64,000 nt of DNA from an uncultured Nitrososphaerota archaeon (GTDB taxonomy: Archaea > Thermoproteota > Nitrososphaeria > Nitrososphaerales > Nitrosopumilaceae). The notes beneath the pieces were generated by a model, which ran no database searches, had not been told where the DNA came from, and saw only the letters and a program-made list of their open reading frames with translations. This document shows, piece by piece, positions 28,135 to 38,969 of this stretch (position 1 is the first letter of the stretch; each line of letters opens with the position of its first letter). The DNA lies in the NCBI GenBank assembly GCA_963701075.1, contig OY969559.1, positions 160,001 through 224,000 on the forward strand, given 5' to 3'. The position numbers and the translations under genes were made by a program.

Positions 28135-28305
28135 TCATGATATGATGTTCTTATTTGCTAGAATCTCTGTCAAATCTTCAGGTTTAATTTTACCCTCCTT
28201 TAATTGAGTCAGATAGTAACTCATTCCAAGTTCGTCTGGTTCTCGTTTCAAAATTTCGGAATAACTTTTACGAATTATATTCCTAATATCGTCATCATTA
28301 GTCAT
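28135..28305 (-). CDS. 56-aa stand-alone DUF4214-like protein
   Basis: Manual translation MTNDDDIRNIIRKSYSEILKREPDELGMSYYLTQLKEGKIKPEDLTEILANKNIIS*. Confidence 0.7.
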   Translation of the reverse strand: MTNDDDIRNIIRKSYSEILKREPDELGMSYYLTQLKEGKIKPEDLTEILANKNIIS

Positions 28306-28385
28306 TGTTATGAATGCGAAGATTATGGTTTTATCCTTTGTTTTTTACGTAAATTGAGTGTTGTTGCATTGTAGGGTTTCAAAAA

Positions 28386-29951
28386 TCAGGCTATAACTTG
28401 ATAATCTCGATTACTAAAGATCTTGTAAAAAAGATAGATTTGGGGAGCAATTATGACTGCAAACGATGCTACAAAAGCCTTCATCCCTAACAATTTGAGC
28501 AAAAAGATATCAGGCTGCAGATGTGTAAAGGCAACCAAGATTGCTTGCGTTAAGGGACTGAACTTGAAGGTCCAAAGAATGGCCGGATTTATCCACAGGT
28601 CATTGTGAACAGTTCCAAGACTAAACAAGCCATGATTACAACTGGGAAGACACCAGACAAAGTAGATGGCATCTTGTATCATATACACGAAATTAAAGAA
28701 AAACCCAAGAGCTGCTAGCCCTAATAACGCAATCTTTAGAGCAGTTTTCTTTCCGATCTCTAGAGTTGCGCCTAAAGGAAGAAGTAGGAACGGGATCACC
28801 TCAAGCAGGTATCTTGGTCCCCATGCAACCAGTCCATGCCATGCATTCAAGTTTCCATAATAAACTAGGAAAATAATTACAAAGGCAAGAAAGAGTAGAG
28901 ACTCTTTTCTGTTTTTCTTGTAAAAAGCAAAAAATGAGAAAAAGGCGGTTACCATAATAGGGCAAAATACAAAGAGCCCCACACCAGGGCTCAGTAACAG
29001 TCCGTAGATCGCTATTGGTAACGGCGTATTATGCGTATGTTGCCATGTTGCGCCAAGTCCCTGCTCAGAGCCTGCAAATGAGGATAATAGTGTAGTTCCA
29101 TCACGAATAAAGTTTGTCAATATGTAAATTCCATAAAAGCCAATAAGCGGAACTATAAAAGAGGTCAATTTCTTCAGTTTGCTAGTCTTTTGTCTCAGGT
29201 CAATCAGGAGGAACAAAAGTAGCGGAATTATAAAGAGAATAGCGTCAGGTCTTACAAGAAATGAGAATCCAAAGGATGATCCAGAATAAACAAGGTTTGG
29301 ACCCCCAAGCTTTTGGTATCTTCTAAAAAACAAAAACCCTAACAAATCAAAAAATGTTCCAGGTACTACATTGAGAGATGTTTTTGAATATGCCCATACA
29401 ATGGTTGTAAAGGCAAAGAGAATCGCAAGAATCGTCGAGTTTTTCTGATTGAAGTCAAACGAACGAGACACTAGAAAGAAAACTCCTACAGAGAGGGCTG
29501 AAAACATAGGACCATAAAAGAATTGTAGGAAATTGAGATCAGGATCCAAACTGTTTCTCCAATATACATAATTTGGATCATCGAAATCATCATTTGTCAA
29601 TACCAAAGTATTATTTGTCATAATGTGAAGATAATGGTTGACAAAAACAAATGGTACCTCAGTAGCACTGTGGCCAACATATGCTACACTACAGATTATT
29701 GCATTTCTGCAAGCAGGACCGGTGCTATCAGGATAAATTAGTGGATATTCAAAGTTGATTTTTGATACACCTGGTATGTATCCAGGAGTCGGTTGACCTG
29801 TCACCATTCTGATTGTCTGCTGCTCTGCAACATCCTCATCAAAGGTAAACCGATGCCCATCTTCAGTAAAAAGGAAAACTGAAAATGAAAAAATACAGAT
29901 CAAGACTACAATCCATCTGTCCATGCTTAATTTGTTTTTTGTAACAATCAT
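28386..29951 (-). CDS. Polytopic membrane GT-C-type glycosyltransferase
   Basis: Many TM helices, early DE motif, RP and WGPRYL motifs. Confidence 0.7.
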   Translation of the reverse strand: MIVTKNKLSMDRWIVVLICIFSFSVFLFTEDGHRFTFDEDVAEQQTIRMVTGQPTPGYIPGVSKINFEYPLIYPDSTGPACRNAIICSVAYVGHSATEVPFVFVNHYLHIMTNNTLVLTNDDFDDPNYVYWRNSLDPDLNFLQFFYGPMFSALSVGVFFLVSRSFDFNQKNSTILAILFAFTTIVWAYSKTSLNVVPGTFFDLLGFLFFRRYQKLGGPNLVYSGSSFGFSFLVRPDAILFIIPLLLFLLIDLRQKTSKLKKLTSFIVPLIGFYGIYILTNFIRDGTTLLSSFAGSEQGLGATWQHTHNTPLPIAIYGLLLSPGVGLFVFCPIMVTAFFSFFAFYKKNRKESLLFLAFVIIFLVYYGNLNAWHGLVAWGPRYLLEVIPFLLLPLGATLEIGKKTALKIALLGLAALGFFFNFVYMIQDAIYFVWCLPSCNHGLFSLGTVHNDLWINPAILWTFKFSPLTQAILVAFTHLQPDIFLLKLLGMKAFVASFAVIIAPQIYLFYKIFSNRDYQVIA

Positions 29952-30117
29952 TGTAACAGATTTTTGGAGAACGTCAATTTAAACTAGTTCGCTGCTCTCT
30001 AAAAAGGTATTTAGTATCTCCTACTTAGATTGAAAAAGTGAACAAATTATTTTTAAGAATATGCTCATCAGGTAAAGAACAAGCAGTTACACATTTTATA
30101 CTTCCATATTTAGATAA

Positions 30118-31338
30118 ATGATCAAAATGCCATCTAAAATGAGACGTGTTTTAATTATCTCGCAGTATTTGCCTCCAGATATCTCAGGTGGAGGTACAAG
30201 AGCATTCAATTATGCTCAGTGCCTTTCACAGCAAAACTTTGATGTGACGGTAATAACAGCACATCCTCACCTACACGCCTCAGTACCAAAAGAGTATAGT
30301 CGTAAATTAATCCATAGAGAACAGGCGAGTGGTTTCAAGGTGATACGGGTATGGATTCCATCGTTGTTACATTCATCTGCCTTGAACAGAATAATATTGC
30401 ATTTTTCGTTCATTGTCTTCTCTTTGCTGCCATTATTTAGTATCAAACCAGACATAATATTTGCATCAGAGCCAAATCTATTTTCCATAATTCCAGCATA
30501 CATCTATGCCAAGCTTAGGGGAGGAAAGGTAATTCGTGTCGTTGACGACTTGTGGCCGGAGGTAATTTATGAAAGAGGATATACAAAATCAAAAGTCTTA
30601 AAAAAGATACTTGATAATCTTGCAAAGTTTTCCTACACATATCCAAAATATATTCTACCATTGACTGAAGAAGCAAAGCAATACATCCATGAACATTATG
30701 GGATAGGAGAAGATAAGATAATAGTAATGGAACATGGTGTTAATACTGAGATCTATACTTATCAAGAAAATAAACGCGAGGACATCTTTTGCCTGATGTA
30801 TTCAGGTGCGTTAGTGGAATCGTATGACTTTGACTTGATTATCGAGGCAGCAAGAAAACTCAGAGATAAGAACATAAAATTTGTGATAAGGGGAAAAGGA
30901 CACCTTTTTTCTTATTTGAGTCAACAAAAAGAAAAATTTCATCTAGACAATCTTTTTACAGATATGAACATAGTTCCTTTGGAAAAATTAGCCAGTATAC
31001 TTGGAACAGCCGATGTTTTTTTGATACCTATGAAGAATGAACATACCTTGAATTTATCCCTGCCAACCAAAATTCTAGAATATCAGGCAATAGGAAGACC
31101 CATTATTTGTTGCTCAAGTGGAGCTCCAGGCAACTATGTGGAAAGAACAAAATCTGGAATAAGAGTGAACTATGGTGACCTGGGGGGTTTTATGGATGCC
31201 ATACTGAAATTAAAATCAGATCCACAATTATGCAAAATGCTAGGTAGTAACAGTAGAAAAAATGTCGAAGCGAATCTTACTTTTGATAAAATTGGCAAGC
31301 GCTTGTCTGAAATAATTGAACAAACTCTTGTTTTATAA
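30118..31338 (+). CDS. GT4 glycosyltransferase (WbuB-like)
   Basis: SQYLPP..SGG, DLWPE, PTKILEY. Confidence 0.85.
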   Translation: MIKMPSKMRRVLIISQYLPPDISGGGTRAFNYAQCLSQQNFDVTVITAHPHLHASVPKEYSRKLIHREQASGFKVIRVWIPSLLHSSALNRIILHFSFIVFSLLPLFSIKPDIIFASEPNLFSIIPAYIYAKLRGGKVIRVVDDLWPEVIYERGYTKSKVLKKILDNLAKFSYTYPKYILPLTEEAKQYIHEHYGIGEDKIIVMEHGVNTEIYTYQENKREDIFCLMYSGALVESYDFDLIIEAARKLRDKNIKFVIRGKGHLFSYLSQQKEKFHLDNLFTDMNIVPLEKLASILGTADVFLIPMKNEHTLNLSLPTKILEYQAIGRPIICCSSGAPGNYVERTKSGIRVNYGDLGGFMDAILKLKSDPQLCKMLGSNSRKNVEANLTFDKIGKRLSEIIEQTLVL

Positions 31339-31398
31339 AATATGGAACATTTTAAGAACCGAAGAACTAATGTACTGACTAATTTTAGGTAGAAATAC

Positions 31399-32448
31399 AT
31401 GGTTAAAGGAAAAACTGCTCTTATAACAGGTATTACTGGTCAGGATGGGGGATATCTAGCCGAGTTCTTGTTAAAAAAAGGATATCATGTTTATGGCACA
31501 TTCAGGCGAATTTCATCACCTAATTTTTGGCGCCTTCTTTCACTTGATCTTGTAGACAAAATAAATCTCATCCCAGCAGATCTAATTGATGATTCATCAT
31601 TAAAGGAGGCAATCAAAATTTCAAAACCTGACGAAGTTTATCACCTAGCTGCACAAAGCTATGTTGGTACCTCATTTGCTCAACCAATAACTAGCGGGGA
31701 ATTTTCTGGGCTTGCAGTTGCAAGAATCCTTGAAAGCATACGACAATATGATCCGTCCATCAAATTCTATCAAGCTTCATCAAGTGAAATGTTTGGGAAT
31801 GTAAAAACATATCCACAAAATGAAAAGACCGAATTTGTTCCTCAAAGCCCATATGCAGCAGCCAAAGTATATGGTTATCACATTACCAAAATTTACAGAG
31901 AAGGATATGATATGTTTGCATGTAATGGAATATTGTTCAACCATGAATCGCCTCTTCGTGGTCTTGAATTTGTTTCAAGGAAAATAACCAATGGTGTAGC
32001 AAAAATTGCTTTGGGAATAGAGAAATATCTCTATCTTGGTAACCTAAATGCCAAAAGGGACTGGGGTTATGCACCGGAATACGTTGAATGTATGTGGAAA
32101 ATGCTTCAACAAAAAAAAGCAGACGATTTTGTAATTGCTACGGGTAAATCACATACCGTACTAGATTTTGTGAAAAAATCTTTTTCTCTTGTTGATTTAG
32201 ACTGGAAAAAACATGTAAAAACAGACAAAAACCTTCTTAGAATTCTAGAAGTTGATATTCTAGAAGGGGATTCAAGTAAAGCAAAAGAAAAATTGGATTG
32301 GAAACCTAAGACAAATTTTGATGAACTCGTAAAGATCATGGTACATGCAGACTTGGAACGATGGAAAAATTGGAAAAATGGCAGGTTGTTTCCTTGGGAT
32401 GCAATGTCTTCTATTGATGAATATAAGACATTGGTCAGAAAAATATGA
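31399..32448 (+). CDS. gmd: GDP-mannose 4,6-dehydratase
   Basis: ITGITGQDG.YL, YQASSSE, GILFNHESP.RG, RDWG. Confidence 0.95.
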   Translation: MVKGKTALITGITGQDGGYLAEFLLKKGYHVYGTFRRISSPNFWRLLSLDLVDKINLIPADLIDDSSLKEAIKISKPDEVYHLAAQSYVGTSFAQPITSGEFSGLAVARILESIRQYDPSIKFYQASSSEMFGNVKTYPQNEKTEFVPQSPYAAAKVYGYHITKIYREGYDMFACNGILFNHESPLRGLEFVSRKITNGVAKIALGIEKYLYLGNLNAKRDWGYAPEYVECMWKMLQQKKADDFVIATGKSHTVLDFVKKSFSLVDLDWKKHVKTDKNLLRILEVDILEGDSSKAKEKLDWKPKTNFDELVKIMVHADLERWKNWKNGRLFPWDAMSSIDEYKTLVRKI

Positions 32449-32605
32449 TCACATCCAGTCTCTTTATGCTTTACCAAATAGCGAAATGATATCACATATT
32501 CTAGTATCTAAAATATTATTGTAAACTATATGGTATTGATTTTTTTGTATTTTAAATTTTGAAAGATCAAAAGCATCAAATAATGACAAATGTGTCTGAT
32601 TTCAA

Positions 32606-33787
32606 ATGAAAATTGCCCTTGTATGTCCTGCATCAATCCCTGCGACTCAATTTGGGGGTCCATTAACTCTTTTTGTTGATCTTGCAAGAGAACTTGTTAA
32701 ATTGGGAAACGAGGTCACCGTATATACGACAGACTTGGATTCTGCCAACAACATTCATACATTTAACAAAAATCTTCCTCGTCTTGAAATGTATGAGGGC
32801 TTTGAGATAAATCGAACTCATGTATGGTTTGCACTCTATACTTTTTTTATAAACTCTGGAATGTATTATCAACTTAAGAAAGATAGACCTGATGTAATTC
32901 ATACAATCGGGGTAAGAAGTTTTCAATCACTAATTTCGGCACTTGTGGCAAAGAGATACAAAATACCGCTAGTTGTATCAGATCAAAGCGGCTTGGCTAC
33001 ACAACCCGAAGAAAAAAAAGGAAATCTAGTAAAAAGAATATTGTATAAAGTACAATCTCCGATGGTAAAATTTATCATAAATCAGGCTACAAAGGTGAGT
33101 ACACCAAATGAATATGAAAAGAAAGTGTTTGCACAATTTTGCAACAGTTCAAAGGTTGTCATAATTCCAAATGGAATTAGCTTGGAGGCTTTGTATTCAA
33201 GGGTTATACCCTTTAAGCAAAAATATGGCATAACAGAAAATTTTATTCTCTTTGTTGGTAGATTCACAAAGATCAAAGGAATAGATACTTTACTGCAAGC
33301 ATTCGCATTGATTAGAGATGAACCTGAGATTAGAAACATAAAACTGGTAATCATGGGGGTTGATTTTGGATTTGAGCACGACATGATGAAAATGATTGAG
33401 GATCTTGAGATAAAAAACCAGGTATTGGTAATTAAAAAGCCTCCAAGGGAGGATGTCATATCAGCTTATGGTGAATCAGAGTTCTTGGTACTCCCTTCTA
33501 GATGGGAGCTTTCTCCAATAACTCCTCTTGAGGGTCTAGCCTTTAAGAAGGCGGTAGTCAGTACTAATGCCCATGGCATACCATACACAATAAAAAATAA
33601 AGAGTGCTGCACATTGGTAGACGCAGAAAACTACCAACAACTGTCCCAAGCAATACTTGATCTATTAAGAGATGAAAAGAAAAGAATCCAATATGGCCTG
33701 TCTGGATACAAATTAGTAAATGAAATTGCCAATTCAAAGACCATGGCCGCAAAGACTTTGGAACTTTATCAAGGATTATTGAAATAG
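32606..33787 (+). CDS. GT4 glycosyltransferase
   Basis: FVGR...KG, PSRWE...LEG. Confidence 0.85.
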   Translation: MKIALVCPASIPATQFGGPLTLFVDLARELVKLGNEVTVYTTDLDSANNIHTFNKNLPRLEMYEGFEINRTHVWFALYTFFINSGMYYQLKKDRPDVIHTIGVRSFQSLISALVAKRYKIPLVVSDQSGLATQPEEKKGNLVKRILYKVQSPMVKFIINQATKVSTPNEYEKKVFAQFCNSSKVVIIPNGISLEALYSRVIPFKQKYGITENFILFVGRFTKIKGIDTLLQAFALIRDEPEIRNIKLVIMGVDFGFEHDMMKMIEDLEIKNQVLVIKKPPREDVISAYGESEFLVLPSRWELSPITPLEGLAFKKAVVSTNAHGIPYTIKNKECCTLVDAENYQQLSQAILDLLRDEKKRIQYGLSGYKLVNEIANSKTMAAKTLELYQGLLK

Positions 33788-33835
33788 AATGTTAATTAAA
33801 TCACATTTTCTACATATCACAATAGATGAAGACTA

Positions 33836-35005
33836 ATGGATAAAAATAATGTATTTGGTAAAAAGTCAATCAAAGTACCCTTCTTTTCTCATCACATAAC
33901 AAAAGGCGACAAAAAAGCCATGATGAAGGCGTTGGATTCAATGTTACTTACTGATGGTCCCATACTTCGTCAATTTGAATCTGAATTTGCAAAATTTACG
34001 GGAGCAAAGTATGCCATAGGCATCTCAAATGCTACTGCAGCACTTCACTTATCATTGAAATCTATTGGAGTTGGAAAAGGAGATGAGGTCATTGTTCCTG
34101 ACATGACTTTTGTTGCCACCGCAAACGCTGTAAGGCTTTGTGGTGCAACTCCAGTCTTTGCAGATGTGGAAAAAGATGACATGAATATTTCTATAAATTC
34201 CATAAAAGAAAACCTGAGTTCTAGGACAAAGGCAATTTTACCAGTGCATTTTGCTGGCAAAGTTTGTAAAATTGATAAAATAAAAAAAATTGCTCAATCA
34301 AACAACCTCAAGATAATAGAGGATTGTGCTCATGCTATTGGTGCAAAATACAATGGTAAACATGTAGGAAATTTTGGGAGTGCAGGATGTTTTAGCTTCT
34401 ATCCGACAAAAAACATAACAACCATTGAAGGCGGAATGGTAATAACAAATAGTAAAGAAATTGGGGATTATGTCAGATCTGCAAGAAACCACGGTATAAC
34501 CAAATCGTTATCTCAGAGATACTCACATGGAAAGCCTTGGGAATACGATATACTCGAGTCTGGTTATAATTATAGGCTGGACGAAATCCGTGCTGCATTG
34601 GGCATAAATCAATTAAAGAGAATCCAGCGGTTGAATTTGTCAAGAAAAAAGGCATTTGAATATTATAATAAAAACCTAGAGACAATTCCTGGCATAATTA
34701 CTCCTGTCATTTCGGCAAAATATGACAATGTATATCACTTGTATATAGTTAGAATACAAAAAAATTTCGGAATTCCAAGAGATGTTTTATTTGAAAAATT
34801 GCGTGAACAGGGGATTAGTACGTCTGTACATTACAAACCTCTACATCTGTTTACAACATTTCGCAAATTGAAACGACATAACAAAAGTTTGAAAAATACA
34901 CAGGATCTGTATAATGAAATTATTTCGTTACCACTGTATCCTAACATATCTAGAAAAGAACAAGATATGGTTATCAAATGTATTAAGAATGCAATAGGCA
35001 AGTAA
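33836..35005 (+). CDS. DegT/DnrJ/EryC1/StrS sugar aminotransferase
   Basis: EDCAHA, FSFYPTKNITTIEGG. Confidence 0.92.
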   Translation: MDKNNVFGKKSIKVPFFSHHITKGDKKAMMKALDSMLLTDGPILRQFESEFAKFTGAKYAIGISNATAALHLSLKSIGVGKGDEVIVPDMTFVATANAVRLCGATPVFADVEKDDMNISINSIKENLSSRTKAILPVHFAGKVCKIDKIKKIAQSNNLKIIEDCAHAIGAKYNGKHVGNFGSAGCFSFYPTKNITTIEGGMVITNSKEIGDYVRSARNHGITKSLSQRYSHGKPWEYDILESGYNYRLDEIRAALGINQLKRIQRLNLSRKKAFEYYNKNLETIPGIITPVISAKYDNVYHLYIVRIQKNFGIPRDVLFEKLREQGISTSVHYKPLHLFTTFRKLKRHNKSLKNTQDLYNEIISLPLYPNISRKEQDMVIKCIKNAIGK

Positions 35006-35012
35006 AGGATAT

Positions 35013-36152
35013 TTGCCCAAAATGAGAAGAATCAAAATCCTCTTCTTTGAACAAATTTATACAAAATATGTTGTTCATCTAAGTAAGACAATTTCCTCTG
35101 ATGAGTTTAATGTTAATTATATTGCATGTCTATCCACCCAATATTGGGAGCAATCCAATGTTGCAGGTAAAAATCATAGAGAAAGTAAAATCAAAGCACT
35201 TTCAATTCCAATAAAGACTGGATCACGTGGTACACATTTTGAAGTTATCAGTCTTCATTTTCTGTGGTATTTGATAAAAGACAAACCCGACTTGGTTGTA
35301 ATAGATCCCAATCCTGCTTTTTCAGTGTTTTATCTCTTGCTTACAAAAATTCTTGGAGCAAAAATTCTCGGATTTACAACCCATATTCCAGACAAATCTT
35401 CGTTATGGGGCAAAATTTCTGATTTCATTTTAAAGTTTAATGATTTTCTTATTGATTCCTATGTAGTACCTAGCTCGGTTAAGAAGCAACTTATGATCAA
35501 ATTAGGAATAGATTCTAATAAAATCAATGTAATAGGGCATGCAATAGATGTTGAAAAATTCCAGATTGCTGAAAATGCAATTAAGAATAAAATTTCAACC
35601 CAAAAAAAAATTATTTTATTTGTAGGACGTTTTGTCTGCTATAAGGGAATTAAATATCTGGTTGAAAGTTTTCAGCTAGTAAATGAGAAAATAAATGGCG
35701 TATGTCTAGTTCTTATTGGAGATGGGCCAGAAAAACCATCAATTAACCAATTAATAAAAAATTTGAAATTGTCTGATGATGTTTTACAAATTGATAATAT
35801 TGCAAACTCTGAAATACCTGAATATTATGCAGAGGCTGATATTCTGGTTGTTCCTTCTATAGAACCAGAACCTTTTGGTTTGGTCTACATTGAGGGAATG
35901 TCTGCAGGAAAACCAATTATTACGTTTAATGTAGGCGGCGGAGAGCAAGATTTGATCTACAATCAAAAGAATGGGTTACTTGTGAATTCAAAAGATGTCA
36001 ATGGGCTTGCTAATGCTATCATAGATCTTTTAGAGGATGATAAAAAACGAAAACAAATGGGAATGAATGCAAGAAAATTTGTTGAAGAAAATTATGATAT
36101 TCACATTATTGCAGAAAAATGGAGAAAAATAATCAGGGACCTAGTCCAATAG
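35013..36152 (+). CDS. GT4 glycosyltransferase
   Basis: FVGR...KG, EPFGLVYIEGM. Confidence 0.88.
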   Translation: MPKMRRIKILFFEQIYTKYVVHLSKTISSDEFNVNYIACLSTQYWEQSNVAGKNHRESKIKALSIPIKTGSRGTHFEVISLHFLWYLIKDKPDLVVIDPNPAFSVFYLLLTKILGAKILGFTTHIPDKSSLWGKISDFILKFNDFLIDSYVVPSSVKKQLMIKLGIDSNKINVIGHAIDVEKFQIAENAIKNKISTQKKIILFVGRFVCYKGIKYLVESFQLVNEKINGVCLVLIGDGPEKPSINQLIKNLKLSDDVLQIDNIANSEIPEYYAEADILVVPSIEPEPFGLVYIEGMSAGKPIITFNVGGGEQDLIYNQKNGLLVNSKDVNGLANAIIDLLEDDKKRKQMGMNARKFVEENYDIHIIAEKWRKIIRDLVQ

Positions 36153-36162
36153 CATGGAAATT
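36112..36162 (+). repeat. 51-bp direct repeat, copy 1
   Basis: Identical to 37579-37629. Confidence 0.95.
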
Positions 36163-36253
36163 TACCATACATGGATTTTTCAAGAAAATACAATCTAGTG
36201 AGGTTTTTGTATATCTTGATGATATTCAATATGAAAGAAATGATTGGGATAAT
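36162..36253 (+). pseudogene. WbqC-family N-terminal relic
   Basis: KKIQSSEVFVYLDDIQYERNDWDN resembles IIKNSDVFVFLDNVKFEKRSWQMRN of the intact gene at 53381. Confidence 0.6.
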
Positions 36254-36314
36254 GTACTTCTTACGCAGTATTAAACTGAATTATCAAATTTTGATTATTT
36301 TGTGAATCGGCAAC

Positions 36315-36463
36315 AATATCATCAAAATCTTTTGGTTTGAATTCCATTGGAGGATAAATTCCCCACGAACCAAAATATTCGTCATTTACCATCCAAGGAT
36401 CACATAGAATTTTTACCCTATTGTCTTCTACGATCACACATGCAGAATTTAAGTTAATTTCAT
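36315..36463 (-). pseudogene. Metallo-beta-lactamase-fold hydrolase N-terminal relic
   Basis: NSACVIVEDNRVKILCDPWMVNDEYFGSWGIYPP, broken start, no HxHxDH follows. Confidence 0.55.
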
Positions 36464-36979
36464 TTACCGTTCACTTTTAATCCCTTAAAAATTCTTGAAA
36501 TACTTAAGGGTATGCCCTGAAAATCATTACTGAAATAATGATCTTAAACAATTTCCAACAAATTCGACTACATCGTTATTCTAGTCATAATGGAAGGTAT
36601 GATTTGTTCGAGTCCTTATAAAACAACTGTAAAACAGGGTTTGCACGGCAGTGCAGACTAACTAATTTATCATTAGGATATCCTAATCTTGTTTCATGAG
36701 AGACATTGAATTTCCAAAATTGCCCAAATTCGTATGGGGAACTATATGTGAAAAAAACTCGGGTCATACCAAGAATGAATGGGGAATATCCAATGGGGAT
36801 GAGAAGGAATCTAATATCAAATTCATTGTTGCATATGCGATCAAGGGAAAGTTGGCAACTGTAGATACTCGAGGGTTTTTATCTTCTCATTTACCAACAA
36901 AAATTTCCACTGACTAGATAATAACAAACAGTATGATTTGTTGAAAAGTCTTTAAGATCATAATCTAAATAATGATTTC

Positions 36980-37420
36980 GTGAAAAAACAATTCAAAATA
37001 ACTCCATTGAAAGTATACAAGGAATTTGGAAGATATTTTCCATTCTCAACTGTAGATGTCATAATTAGAAATAGTGACGGTTCGTTCATTCTCACCAAGA
37101 GAATCATTCCTCCTTATGTTAACAAATGGCATCTACCTGGAGGGTTAATCCGAAAGGGTGAAAAATTAAGCGATGCTGCAAAAAGGGCAGTAAAAAAGGA
37201 ACTAAATTTAGAAATAAAGATAGAAAAATTTCTAGGCACATATGAAAATCCTATTTCTACAAGACATGACATCTCTCATGTTTTTATTGCCTCTGTAGTA
37301 AAGGGGGAAATAAGAAACGATTTTCAAAGTAAAGGAATAAAATTCTTTAAAAAACCGCCTAAGAATACAATTCTATATCATATCAGAATATTACAAGATG
37401 CTAAACCGTTCTTGAAATGA
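36980..37420 (+). CDS. NUDIX hydrolase, GDP-mannose mannosyl hydrolase-like
   Basis: W.LPGG.IRKGE....A.R....EL Nudix-like box. Confidence 0.8.
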   Translation: MKKQFKITPLKVYKEFGRYFPFSTVDVIIRNSDGSFILTKRIIPPYVNKWHLPGGLIRKGEKLSDAAKRAVKKELNLEIKIEKFLGTYENPISTRHDISHVFIASVVKGEIRNDFQSKGIKFFKKPPKNTILYHIRILQDAKPFLK

Positions 37421-37578
37421 CAATAAAAGGCAGAACAAATCATTATTCTAGTCATAACCAACTTTTTAGACACGGAAAAGGGAGGGTATCTTTTTTATCA
37501 GACAGAATAAAAATAGAATACCGTCATCATCCGTTCCAAATGCGAATCACTGCAAATGTGGAAGGCGAGGGAATTGTA

Positions 37579-37629
37579 CAGAAAAATGGAGAAAAATAAT
37601 CAGGGACCTAGTCCAATAGCATGGAAATT
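37579..37629 (+). repeat. 51-bp direct repeat, copy 2
   Basis: Identical to 36112-36162; overlaps the ugd stop. Confidence 0.95.
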
Positions 37630-38958
37630 AAGGTCTTTTTTGAATTCATCTGGTTCAAAAATTCTTCTTGCATCAATAACATTAGGCTTTCTCATAGATT
37701 TTAGGAAATCTACTGGCTTTAGGTTCTTGTATTCATCCCATTCAGTTAAAATGATGGATAGATCAGAATTGTGAAGACAGTCTCTAATTGAATTAGCATA
37801 TGATATTTTTTGACCAAAAATATCTCTCACTTTAATTATTGCCATAGGGTCGTGAACTACAATTTTTGCTCCAAGTCTCAGTAGGTGTTCTATAACTTTC
37901 AATGATACAGCATTTCTAATATCATCCGTATCTTTCTTAAAGGCAAGACCTAAAATTGAAATTTTTTTATTTTTAATTGTTTGAAGTATGTCTTTTGCAA
38001 ATTCGATTATTTCTTTGGATTGATTTTCATTAACCTCATTAACAGCAGATAGTACTGAGAGCGGTACGCCTATTTTTTCTCCATAACTCAAAAATGCAGA
38101 TACATCCTTGGGTAAACAAGACCCGCCAAATCCAGGTCCAGCATTCAGAAATTCTTTTCCTATCCTTTTGTCTTCTCCGATTGCCTCTGCAACTAAATTG
38201 ATATCTGCACCAGGGATTTTTTGGCAAAGATTTGCTATGCTGTTAATAAAACTGATTTTAGTTGCAAGAAATGCATTGTTTGAATATTTTATTACTTCTG
38301 CAGTAGATTCATTACAATAGATAATTTTTGGAATCTTCTTTTTGTATAGGTCTTTATAAAAACTGGTGAGTATTTTCCTTGCCTTTTCAAATTTGCTTCC
38401 AATTACAATCAAATGCGGATTCTCTGTATCATAAATAGATCTTCCCTCTCTAAGAAATTCAGGATTTGTAGCTATGAATATACTCTTACCCATTTTTGAC
38501 ATCGAGTTGGATTCCACAATGCTAGATAAAGAATTAGTTGTTCCTGGGACTACTGTACTTTTAATGACTATTATTTTTTCTTCGTTGCTCTTTATCAACG
38601 CACTTCCAATCTGTTTACAAGCTTCATTTATGTAAGTGAGGTTGATCTCTCCATTACTATTTTGAGGAGTTCCCACAGTTACAAAAATTATAGTAGAATT
38701 TAATACAGCTTTTGCAAGATCAGTTGTAAAAATTAAATTTTTTCTGGCATCTTTAAGATCTCTCTTCAAATTTGGTTCATAAAATGGAGGGATTCCTCTT
38801 TTTAGATTATCTATTTTTTTGATATCATTATCTACTCCATAAACAACAATACCTCTTTTAGCACAAACTACTGAAAGAGACAATCCAACATAACCACAGC
38901 CAATTACTGAAATTTTATAATTCATGTTCGTATTTTGATTGTGTTGTATAATAACCAA
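37600..38958 (-). CDS. ugd: UDP-glucose/GDP-mannose 6-dehydrogenase
   Basis: GCGYVG, NPEFLREG, GFGGSCLPKD, GLAFK..TDD.R; start may be a few codons downstream. Confidence 0.92.
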   Translation of the reverse strand: MVIIQHNQNTNMNYKISVIGCGYVGLSLSVVCAKRGIVVYGVDNDIKKIDNLKRGIPPFYEPNLKRDLKDARKNLIFTTDLAKAVLNSTIIFVTVGTPQNSNGEINLTYINEACKQIGSALIKSNEEKIIVIKSTVVPGTTNSLSSIVESNSMSKMGKSIFIATNPEFLREGRSIYDTENPHLIVIGSKFEKARKILTSFYKDLYKKKIPKIIYCNESTAEVIKYSNNAFLATKISFINSIANLCQKIPGADINLVAEAIGEDKRIGKEFLNAGPGFGGSCLPKDVSAFLSYGEKIGVPLSVLSAVNEVNENQSKEIIEFAKDILQTIKNKKISILGLAFKKDTDDIRNAVSLKVIEHLLRLGAKIVVHDPMAIIKVRDIFGQKISYANSIRDCLHNSDLSIILTEWDEYKNLKPVDFLKSMRKPNVIDARRIFEPDEFKKDLNFHAIGLGP

Positions 38959-38969
38959 TCAGTAAAAAA

